DNA of 64,000 nucleotides, taken from Eutreptiella sp. 'Long Island Sound 2002' (lineage: Eukaryota > Protista > Euglenida). A program made the position numbers and the translations under genes. This document shows positions 1-9,840 of the stretch, in pieces. The stretch's first letter is position 1. Every line of letters begins with the position of its first letter. The stretch is taken from contig OZ038378.1 in assembly GCA_964036045.1 (NCBI GenBank), positions 61,752,001 through 61,816,000 on the forward strand, read 5' to 3'. The notes below the pieces were generated by a model that did no database searches, was not told the DNA's origin, and saw nothing but the letters and a program-made list of their open reading frames with translations.

Positions 1-29
1 CATAGGCATGGGACCTTCTCTAATTTAAA

Positions 30-209
30 GGTTGGCGGTTGGCGGTTGGCGGTTGGCGGTTGATGGCGGTTGGCTGCGGTTGGTGGTTGGCAGTTGGGGG
101 TTGGTGGGTGTTGGCAGTTGGCAGTTGGCAGTTGACAGCAGTTGGCAGCGATTGGCGCTTGGCGGTTGGTGGCGGTTGGCAGTTGGCAGTGGTTGGCGGT
201 TGCCAGTTG
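30..209. repeat. Degenerate heptamer tandem repeat (GGCGGTT/GGCAGTT)n
   Basis: Directly visible runs such as gttggcggttggcggttggcgg and gttggcagttggcagtt; short overlapping ORFs are repeat translations. Confidence 0.9.
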
Positions 210-220
210 GTGGTCCCTCG

Positions 221-278
221 GGGCTGTCCTTAAGGGCTGTCCTTAGCAAGAAAAAAAATTGGCTTCTTAAGGACAGCC
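221..278. repeat. Short inverted-repeat module GGGCTGTCCTTAAG ... CTTAAGGACAGCC next to the heptamer array
   Basis: gggctgtccttaag (and a second gggctgtcctta) is the reverse complement of cttaaggacagcc about 30 bp downstream. Confidence 0.7.
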
Positions 279-559
279 GTGCTGGGGGGTGTACCACAAA
301 GGTTGAGTGAGTTGCTGGTTGGTACTTTTGGGTGTACGTACTTGTTCAACTTTTGGAAACTGGGGGCACAGAAGCATGAGTGTTTCTGGTGTGGGCGGGT
401 TGGTGGGGTGTTGACGGGATCTATTAATTCTCCTCCATCGGAAGGGATGAACAATGCATACGGGCGACACAGTGGGACACAGTCATGTGAAACCCGATGA
501 CCAATTTGCCTGTGTGCCTTGTATGCCCCTGTGTGCCCTGTTGCAAGGTTGCATGATGA

Positions 560-2415
560 AAATGCTGCTAAAAACCGGACCCGAAAGTCACTGTATAGGG
601 GGTTACAGACCTGGGTTTCAGACCTGAAAGTAAAACCAGTTAGTGGGTTCCCGGTCTGGGTTTAAGACCTGAAAGTGGGTACTTACTGGGGCCATATAGG
701 GGGTTACCTCATTGACTTCCTGACCTGAAAGTGACTTACTGGTGGGGGTTGCAGGTACTTACTGGTCCCATTTCCGTCTTTTAGCTTCACCCCATGTTGC
801 AAGCCATTGAGGCATTTGAGCGGGCCGTGCACCACCACCAGCGCCACTCGTACTCGGAGGTTACGGCACCTTACCAACGGGAGCGTTTGCAGCACTTGCG
901 GCGCACTGCAAGGGCGGTACTAGGAGTCGGGGATGTCCGCATTGAGACGTCGAGCACGCTACGCGGCGCTGCATTGGACCTCCGGGCGGTTACGGTCGGG
1001 CAAATGTGGCGACGCGGTCGAGGTGCTCCGTGGTTCACGGCGGCTGGGTTTGTCTGTACGGCAAACAAAGCGTTATCCCCGACATTGTCGTTGGCAGGTA
1101 GTGGTAGACATGAGGGGTGAGCTGGCTGCGTACCAAGCGCGACCGCATGTTGTTCGTCCTGCAAAGGGGAGGCCGCGTGTAGCTGCAGCGGCAAGTTTGC
1201 GGGATTTGGTCTTGCCATGGTTGGAGCTAGCACGGGCCACCGGGGCGTTCAAGATGCTATCGAGTGCGGAGATCCCAATGATCCTGTGCCCCTATGCCAC
1301 ACCACTTTGGCGCGCAAGTTCCACGCAGTGTGATGTCTATGTGGGATGTTGGAAAGGGGGCTTTGCGGCTGAAGGCCAGCCACATCATTGGGCAACATGG
1401 CGGGTCATGGACGGTGGCAACTACACACACCCTCTTCGTGCAATTGACGCCACCGCCTCGCTCAATGACCAAGTCCAAGCAGTCGAGTCGGCCTTGGACA
1501 TTATTGTCCCGGGACATGGAGTGGCACGCTTTAGGTGCCACTTAACCGGTGATGGTAAAGGGATGGCATCCATGAATCATGCGCCCAGCAAAACGTGTCG
1601 GTGTTGTGATGATGGTTCATCATTGCAACTGGCCAATGTCGTGCCTCCTACACCACAGTGGGTGGCATTCCTACATTGTGTGCCCCCACATCGCCAGGTT
1701 GGTGACTATGCCCATGCCTTGGCATGTATATGTAATGCGGTACGCAAACGCCTTAGTGTGAATGTGTCCGTGTGGGTAGCCAATGGAGATGGCCCCGGCA
1801 GTGTGGGCCGCCTCAAAGAGCTATGGGTAGAATTCACCCAAGAGGTGGCACGGATCCCAGTGTCACAACGCACTGGCATGCGACCAACAAAGGCTGGACA
1901 GTTTGATATCACATTGTCTCAATTGTTTTTGACGCAGCCCTTATGGCAACGTCGTCCAATCCGGAACAAAGTAAGGAGGTATGTGGCACTCTCAAAGAAA
2001 AAGGAGGGAAAATAAAGATGTGCAAGGGTGCCTGAAAGTGTGGCAACAACGTTTGATGTGAGGATGTCATGAAGAAGGGGGTTGGGGGTGAAGATGAAGG
2101 AAGTAAAAGTGGACCCAAAAAGTCCTAGTATGTCAAACCACCAAGTGGGCTTCAGACCCGAAAGTCCCATTAGGAAGTCACTTCCCGGGTCCATTTCCGG
2201 GAAGTCCCGCTGGTTTCAGGCCTGAAAATCCTCCGGGAAGTCCCCGGGAAGTCCCCATTTAAAAATTTTCCATCCACCCCCCGGGAGGACCCATGACCTT
2301 CAATCACCTTAAACTGATGCCAAAAGGAAAAATAATACCTTTTGTGCCCATTGCAAACATCTACTTCAATTGGTCGGTATGGGGATTTGGCAAAGACTTC
2401 CCGGTAGGACTTCCT
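560..2415 (+). mobile_element. Decayed DNA transposon with clustered GACC(T/C)GAAAGT / GGGAAGTCC motifs on both sides of the transposase
   Basis: The motif recurs at ~568-730 and ~2155-2230 in the same orientation; the right end (...gacttcccggtaggacttcctg, ~2415) abuts and truncates the RT relic. Left terminus not identified. Confidence 0.5.
794..2015 (+). pseudogene. RAG1/Transib(CMC)-like DDE transposase relic, frameshifted and C-terminally truncated
   Basis: ORFs 794-1120 and 933-2015. Motif order ILCP(Y)ATPLW ... LTGDGK ... CRCCD ... GDYAH parallels RAG1 D600 ... TGYDEK ... CTLCD ... DALH; the first D position is TAT (one change from GAT). Confidence 0.55.
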
Positions 2416-4110
2416 GAAGCAGACCCCATCAGCACCCCCGTGTGCCGTGCGGTAGGGGCCCGCTACGCGGTAAGCGGAGGCAACTCAGACCTCCAAGGCG
2501 TTGTAGAAGCGATGCAGAACGGAGAAGGTCACTCGTCCACCGCCTCGTGGTCCCAAGCGCCGCCCTTGTCACCTCCGGGTTTGCATAAGGCGTTGGCCTC
2601 GTCCGAGTCGTCCGACCTGATGGTGCTGTACTGCAGCACCCAGCACGCTAGGCCACAAAGGCATGTGAGAGCGAGCATCTGCTGCGACAAGAGGCGACCG
2701 CGAGGGAATAGCTCCACCGGCAGCCCCTCTGCTCCCTGCGCCTCATGCGCCTTTCCTGGACCACGCCAGTTTCCGGGCGCAGGAGGTAACGCTGCAGCAT
2801 GACTGGTCGGCTATTGCGAACAAGCGATGCCGCCTCCTTCTAGGCTAGGTAGGAATGGAGGACCGTCGTGAGGAGGCGGTGAAGCGCCCCCTCGAACAGC
2901 GCCTGCAGCACCTGGGCCAAAGTTTGCAAAGCATACCTTGGGAGCGCCCCCACCAGCTGCCGTGGCAGCCCGTCTCGGGACGTCGCCGGGGAGTCCTTGC
3001 CCAAAACGCGACATAAGTCGTGGAACAATGGCAGGGCTTTGGCCACTAGGGGCTCCACAAGCTGCAGAATCCCCCCTGCATGTGGCGGATGGCGTCATGG
3101 TCATCTGCAGGGTCACTGGGGTCGATGGGCACCACCAGCCGCGACAGGCCCATGTGTAGGCCACCTCGGCCGTAATGCAGCTCTTGGACCTGCTCCAAGA
3201 GCTCCGCTTGAAAGCTCTCCAGCATGTCGGGGAAAAAGACACCGTCAAGGCTAATCGATGTGAGTAGGCGAAACTTGGCAGCTTGAGGCGAAGGGTGCGC
3301 CCTGTCTTGGGGGTGAGGGAAAGCCTCTGAAGCTTGGAATGGTCGACGCGCAGGAGCGCCGTGTACGGATGGTCCCGCTGTGCCTACCACAAACGCCCGC
3401 ACCGCAGTCTCCCCATCCGTGCCTGTAGCATGGTCCGGGGCATGGGCCGCTTGGAGCGCATCCCTGTCTACGGGGTGCCGGGAGTCCCCGTGCTCCGGCA
3501 CCAAGCCCTCCAACGCCCACCACATGCTGAGTATCGTGGCGTCAGGGGAGAGGTTAGCGTGAGCTGACCACCGAAGCGCTGCCGGTGGCACCATCTGAGG
3601 CTTCACGGGTGATTGACGGACGGCAGCTAGGGTTGGAGGCGGCACCGACATGGCCTGCATGTGCAACACTCATCATCAGCGACATGCAGAGTCCCATGGC
3701 CAAGCATGGGGATACATTCTGGTGTTGTGTCCGCACTCCAAGCGTGCGACAGGGCAAGTCGGTTGTCCCTATGTAGCTGTGTTGCCAGTGGCTTGCACCG
3801 ACAGTATGGCGGCTCTTCCGAAGGGGCATGCGGGACAAGGGAAGTAGCACGTGGTCGCAAACTACTCCTGCCTTATTGCCCACACCAAGGCAAGCAACAT
3901 GTGGTCCTTCTTGGTGTACAGCGAGAGCACCGCCTTCAAGACCCTGAGGAGTCTGGCAAGGATGACAGGGTTGGATGTTGGCGTCTCCTTGGAGGTTCAC
4001 AATGAAGTTGACGGGTGGTTGGACTAAGTATCGGAAGCAGCAAGAACAGGGCCACTTGGGTGGGCGGTCGCACGTGAAGAAGGAGTGTGGCACCCAACCG
4101 TCGCCCCCAA
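2410..4110 (-). pseudogene. Non-LTR retrotransposon relic: APE endonuclease C-half plus RT N-half
   Basis: Across frameshifts: NLQGDANIQP (APE GDxN), SRDGLPRQLV, TVLHSYLA*K...VRNSRPVMLQRYLLRPE (RT domains 1-2), DDSDEANAL (domain 3), HRFYNALEV*VASAY..AGPYRTAHGGA (domain 4). Confidence 0.7.
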
Positions 4111-4119
4111 CCACCCACC

Positions 4120-4820
4120 TGACCCACCATCGGAGCGCATTCCGGTAGAGCGGGCACCGGTACAGAAGCGTGCGGTTGCAGCAGCAGCAGTGACGCATTC
4201 CCCTAGCAAGCGTGGTGTGCAGCACAGCCCCATTTGTGGTTCTCGGGATGCGTTGGATGCAACTAACTTGGTTTCACAACTAGCACGTGTAATGAAGGAT
4301 GTGCTTCGGGAAACAATGAAAGAAATTGTACCGGACGTCGTCGAGAAAGCCGTGGCCTCGAGCAGCAAGACACGGGCAGAGCGGGCGGTGGACCAAGCGA
4401 ACAAGAGGGAGTGTGAACCTAGGGACATCGTGCGACGGCAGAAGGCAACTATGAGTGGACTGCGAGCACAAGTGGGTGAATGGCAGGAGCAGTTGAAGGC
4501 TGAGAGGCACAAGGCAAGCAAGCAGTTGCAGACAAGGTGCGGGCACGGGTTCTCCTGCAAGAGAAGGCTGCACAGTGTGACCGGGCATTCGGCATCCTCA
4601 ACGGGACCTATGGCCAAGGCAACAGCCCCGCCAAGTAAGTAGCATCACTGGCGCGCGAGATCCGGCGTGGTAAGACCGACAGAAACTTGAAAAGGGAATT
4701 GTGTCCCGTGGGTTGTAGTACAAGTGTGTTGTGACTAGGCCATTCCCTAGAGTTTCACGCATGCGCATGCCCGTATTCGTGTGCGATTGAGGTAACGACT
4801 ATGGGCCGCAGTTCACAACG
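4120..4820 (+). pseudogene. Coiled-coil protein fragment of unknown, probably mobile-element, origin (copy 2 at ~11000-11700)
   Basis: ORF 4085-4642 with a helical charged segment (AERAVDQANKRE...GEWQEQLKAERHKASKQL); copy 2 has a CAG>TAG stop at 11317. Confidence 0.4.
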
Positions 4821-4824
4821 AGCC

Positions 4825-6000
4825 ACTTTTTTTGGGTGTGCCCCCTAGGGTCACGGCCGCGGCTGCTACCGCCAGGACCCGGTGCTCCAGCCAAAACTCT
4901 TGCCACCGGAATCGGCAGGACAATGGATAGCCGCCATGAAGCTGTGGTCCCCGAACTACAGATCGCACTCAAGGATGAGGTGGGTGCTCAGCCCGGGCAA
5001 GAGTTGGCGGTCGGCCCCAACCCACGGGGTCCCAAGACTAAGAAGCACCCAATCAAGATGGCGTTCGGAGCCCGCCTGTCCCACCACGTTGGTGGGCTGG
5101 CCAGGTGGGTACGGGCGGCGGAACCCTGCCCACAGGCCCCGGGCGACCAGTGGCTGGGGGGGGGGGGGGGGTAGCCGCCACGGGCCAATGCACTTGTTAA
5201 GGTCCGCAGCCAACACACACACGTGGGCCCTTAGCATCTGCAAAAAAAGTTGTTGCGTCGCCTACCATGGCGCGGCGTTGAGTAACCGGTAGCGCTGGTA
5301 GAAGGTGCGGGGTTATGGTGGTTATGGACACACCTCGCGATGGGTCCACTTTCACTTACATAGGCTGCTAGCACGGGTGGGCCTTGACCTGGGCTCCTGA
5401 GACCACCCGCTGGTGGAGCATATCTGTCCGGCCCCCCATAGCGAGCAGCGGCCCGTCTTTGACGGTATACGGGTGGCCTGGGAGCCACGCCGGTGTGCAC
5501 ATCGGGTCAAGCTCCTCCAGGTGGACGACGTCGGGCTCAGCACACGCCAAATAGGCTATGAGCCGCGGCACTTGGTGTGGGTCGGTGCCCAACCTGCCGC
5601 AAATGACGGTGATGACCCAAAGGCACTCCATGTTGCTGGGACCACGCTTCTGGTGCTCCAGCAGGCCCGTGTGCAAGCGTGTGTACCATGATGCATAGGC
5701 TTCCGGAAGGCCCGGCTTGGGGGCCATTGGCTCGCATTGCAAGCCCTATGTTGGGCACACTGGTAATGCCCGACTTACGTCGCGCCCCATGACTTGCACC
5801 ATGCTCCAGCCGGACATGCCTCTGTCGCCGGTGATGAGGGCTCTAGGTAGCTCCACAGCACGTCGGCGCGAGGTCGGTCCGCGGGGGGGTTGTGTTGGAG
5901 CCCAAACCCATCCACACGCCAAATGACCGAAGACAGCGCACTGCAGGCAATTCATGTACGGCGCCGGCCCCGTTAGAGCATCCGCTAGCGCCCCGTGCAG
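4825..6000 (-). pseudogene. Second non-LTR relic: zinc-knuckle-like segment plus APE endonuclease (copy 2 at ~11700-12870)
   Basis: CLQCAVFGHLAC knuckle-like; ITVICGRLGTDPHQVPRLIAYLACAEPDVVHLEEL matches the APE N-terminus; PTNVV...RHLDWVLLS...LLPGLSTHLIL matches the APE C-terminus. Confidence 0.7.
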
Positions 6001-6738
6001 CTCACTGTGATCGCCACTGTTGTAGGCCTAGACCCCCGCCAAGGTGGGCGGGGGGCCGGAGTCATCCTCCCGCCACGTGCAGGGCACCACTTTGTCTGCC
6101 AGCAGCGAGAGGGAGGGACGTTTGGCGCCGGAGTGGCCCGAGAAGCAGTGCAGTAGTTGCACCTAGCTGTGTGGTATCCCAGGGAGGGAAGTAGCAGGAA
6201 CCCCCCCCCCCCCATAGTGAATATGCCCCCCCTTGAAATAGCAAAACAAGCATCATAGGCTGTCTGGACAACAAAAACATCGGAGGGCCGCGTGTGGATT
6301 TCTTGCTTCACCATCTACCCAAGCTTGGTGTCACGGTCCTGACCACATACTGAGTACGTGCCGACCGCTTCCTGATTGCCTTGCACATCATAAAGGTGTT
6401 GCTGAATGGGGACAATGACCATACTTCCCGATCAAAAACGACTTCCTGATTGCACTTCTCGAGGGATTTGCTGATTCTGTTTTTGCGTCGATGTGCGCAA
6501 TCCCGTGCCATGCTACCTCGCCCGTGAAACAAGCACTGGCACCTGTTCTGTTTGCCCTACCAACCACCCCTTTTATTTGCACGCATTTACACGCAAAAAG
6601 AACTCCTAATGGTACAAGTCACCTTTCAATGCTCTTCATATTATGCCAATTGCGCCCACCATCGCTCACTGACTGTCATCCGCCACGAAGCCCACTGGCA
6701 CCCACACAATCTCCCCGGGGCAGGGGGACAAGGAGGAC

Positions 6739-7540
6739 ATGGCCGAAATGGTCAAACTTCCCAAACGTGTGACTTTTCAACACAACACGAGTGTTGGCCG
6801 CATCTTCGCCAAGCGTTCGGTGTTGATGGACTTGCATCCGTGGATAGTGTCCGACTTCTTGCTCTCGGTGTCCCATGGCAACCCCACGCTGAAGACGGTG
6901 GTCCTCAAGTTGAACAATGCCAACATCGCGGAAGTTCGTGCTAGAGTCGATCCGGATATTCCAAAGGGGGAGCATAACAAGTCGGACACTAGGTACTACA
7001 TTGGTCAAGGGGATGGAGACACATTGTTGTTCGCAGGTGGGTAGCTATTAGCGTCGGAGACGCAAGCTCGCAGATTCACCAAGACACGACTACCGCATCA
7101 AGAACGTGTCTTGCTTGCCAGGCACAAGAAGTTGTAGCCGGTGCAATCACTACCGACATGGGATCCTACTGCCTTCCAGGACTCTGTTGAGGGGGTCGCC
7201 CCACGAGTGCATGCTTCCCGGACCATTGTGAGCATCCCCTTGCAGTGTCCCCTTCCACGGCCTAGCGACGGGGACCCGGTTGTTATTGGGCAGGACGTTT
7301 TGTGTACAACACTAATCCCTCCAAGTTGGACAAGTACGGGTACTACTTCTTCGAGAAGGTGATCCCTTTGAACATGTTGGACGCCGTGGTGGGAGATGTA
7401 TCCACCTTTTTGATGGACTAGTGGGGCCCTGTTTTCCAGAAGTAGCCGGGTGTGAACCGAGGACTTGATGTTGGTGATCGCAGTATTTGAGTGCCTGACT
7501 GCCGCGAAGAAAAGCCGACATCCATTACTCGAAGATCATG
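6739..7540 (+). pseudogene. Stop-interrupted ORF ending in the N-terminal half of a PhyH-like 2OG-Fe(II) dioxygenase (copy 2 at ~13611-14412)
   Basis: Frame continues through stops; LDKYGYYFFEKVIPLNMLDAVVGDVSTFLMD*WGPVFQK*...DVGDR resembles the L-x-x-x-G-Y start of PhyH-type dioxygenases. Confidence 0.4.
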
Positions 7541-7565
7541 CACCACCACCTTCCTGTGCACATTT

Positions 7566-7964
7566 TCACACGTGCCCGCAGCGATAGACATACAACCCCT
7601 CCTTCACTAACCGCGCTAGCCATCCGCACATCAAAGCTCTGTTGGCACCCAGAATGGGGGTGTGCACGGGAGCCACATCCCACGGCCATACGGCTGCTTG
7701 CTCACCACCACGTACTGTTGTAATGCCCCCAAAGTGCGGGTGCACGGGCACGATGGTACCCCGATGGGAGGCCATCAACATCACAAAGGTCTCAGTGGCG
7801 GCCGGGTGCTCGGCGTCGTGAACCAAATCCGTCATAGGGCACTCTGTTGCCTTGACTGTTGGGAGCAGCAGCACACAACGGGGATGGTGGTTCCTCGGCA
7901 GGGGGTGCACGAGGTACATCACACCAGTGTCCATGGGCTTGTACCATGTGATCCCACAGTCCAT
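7566..7964 (-). pseudogene. Degenerate 2OG-Fe(II) dioxygenase-like domain (copy 2 at 14438-14836)
   Basis: CVLLLPT...DLVHDAEHPAATETFVMLMA...AAVWPWDVAPVHTPILGANRAL; spacing fits H-x-(D)...H...R but the acidic ligand is not canonical. Confidence 0.45.
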
Positions 7965-8019
7965 GCGGAGTTACTCATCTCGTGTCAAGGTATCACGGTA
8001 CGCTTAGTGTGGTTGTATT

Positions 8020-8640
8020 GTCTCACACGCAAAGCACCATGCCGCAGCATGGTCGTTGCACAGGGGGCTTGTGTTGCATGCGAAGCACTTCTTGATTGAC
8101 TAATGCGGCTATGCAGACACTAGTGAATGCTTCTCGAACTCCTGGACTGGGACATGGATGCCATCGGTACATTGATGCGTCACCGGAAAGTTGGCCAAAG
8201 CGAGGAATCACAATTTGCGCCATGAGTTGGAAGGAAGCAACAAGGGCACTGCTCCACCACAATGAATGATGTCGAAATACAACACCACGAAATCTCCACG
8301 GCGCAAGTTGGTCGTCACCAAATGTCAAAGCCGAGGAAGCCCACCTCGGCTGCCCTGGAGGATGATCGCGTCGGGCCCATCGCTCGCATGGAGGTCACAG
8401 TTCGTCACATAGAACATGGTCATCGCGGAGCAGCCTGTGGGAATCTTGTGCAGGTCCCGATGCACACTGTAATGTTCCCTTGAGTACCCACATGCGGATG
8501 GCACATCAAAAGCGTGTTGCAGATCAAGATGTGTGGTCACGATGGGTTTGTAGATTAGGAACCGCTTGCGGATTGTGGATGCTCATTGGGGTTGCAAGCC
8601 AGCAACAGTCAGAAGACTGTACTTCCGGCTTGGGTCACTG
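8020..8640 (-). pseudogene. 2OG-Fe(II) dioxygenase (HxD...H...R) followed by a Cys-rich zinc-finger-like segment (copy 2 at ~14892-15512)
   Basis: One frame with a few stops: YSVHRDLHKIPTGCSAMTMFYV...LRRGDFVVLYFDIIHCGG...WRKL*FLAL, then KKCFACNTSPLCNDHAAAWCFAC. Confidence 0.75.
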
Positions 8641-8659
8641 ACGTCTGTTGCTTGCATGA

Positions 8660-9840
8660 CATGGCAGGATCCACTAGCAGCGAACTAGAGGACGCCCCAC
8701 AGGCGGACATGCGCCCAACCACTGTGCTCCGAGGGATCAGGGATGGAGTGGACAAGTATTGGGAGAGGACGGCGCGGGACCTCCTCATGATTGACAGTGT
8801 GGCGGAAGCCTTCATGGGTGGCGGCAACACGTGGTGGTTCACAGCCGCAACGATGAGGTGCAAGTTGAAGGCACACAAGATCCAGTTGCTGCAGGTCCAT
8901 CTGCCTATGGTTGTGGCCTCGACGGATTTTGAGGGGAGGAAAACTTGGACGTTCACGGTGTATGGGAGCACCATAGGTGGCAAGTATGCGCACATCATGT
9001 AGGAGAATGGGTTGGCTGTTCGGAAGGGAGGTACATGGTTCTTGGCGGTGGTCCAGATTGGCGGTGGTTGTGCCACCCTAGGGGCTGTACGGTACACGGA
9101 CCACAAGGTTGCCTAGTACGTTGGACGGAAGGAGAAGCGGATACTTGGTGGTAGTACCCACGTTAAAATGGAGGAGAGCTGCGGGGATGAAGAGCGGCCT
9201 CAATAGGAGAGGCTGAAGAAGGATGTGGGGCGCAAGGGCAAGAACGGCCTGGATTGGTGTTGGTGCGGGCCATTCGTCAAAGGACACTAACACAGTTGTG
9301 GAGGAGCGTGGAAATGCTGTTTCCAATGTGGCCAATGAGGCGTACACATAAGCTTATTTCAGAATGCTCAAGCCCAAGGGCGTGGGGGCAAATGTAATTC
9401 CATTGGAAGCGAACCAAGAGCCTTCGGGACAAGATTGTGCAATAGAAGGGTATTGAGGCGTGTGAACAAACCGTGTAAACGGAGCTAGCAAACAAGTACG
9501 CACAGAATGCTAGGCAAGTGGCCTAGCTTATAGCGGACAATGAGGTTGCGCAGTGAGAACGACACTACACACGGGGCAGCTCGAAGGCGGACACGGGGGT
9601 CAAAAAGCTTTGGGCACTCGTCAATGCGCGCACATCCGAGTCCCAATCCCACTCCGAGTCCCGGCGCTCATGGACCACCTTGTTTCATCCCCGTCAAAAG
9701 GAAGTCCGCCGAAGTGCACCTGCTTAGCCCGGTTCCGCGGAGGCTTTTAACATGGTGTGCGGACGTAAAAACGGTGGTGCGCATATTTTACGGTCGGCCA
9801 CGTGTACGTGTCGTGCACCGAGGTATCTTGCGGCGGCGTG
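8660..9840 (+). pseudogene. Putative MULE-like transposase relic, copy 1, cut by the duplication junction
   Basis: LLMIDSVAEAF...PMVVASTDFEGRKTWTF resembles the first-D region of MULE transposases; continues through stops. Confidence 0.35.

Noticed and set aside
30-209. Telomere
   Set aside because: The repeat is degenerate, short and internal, and is not a TTAGGG-type array.
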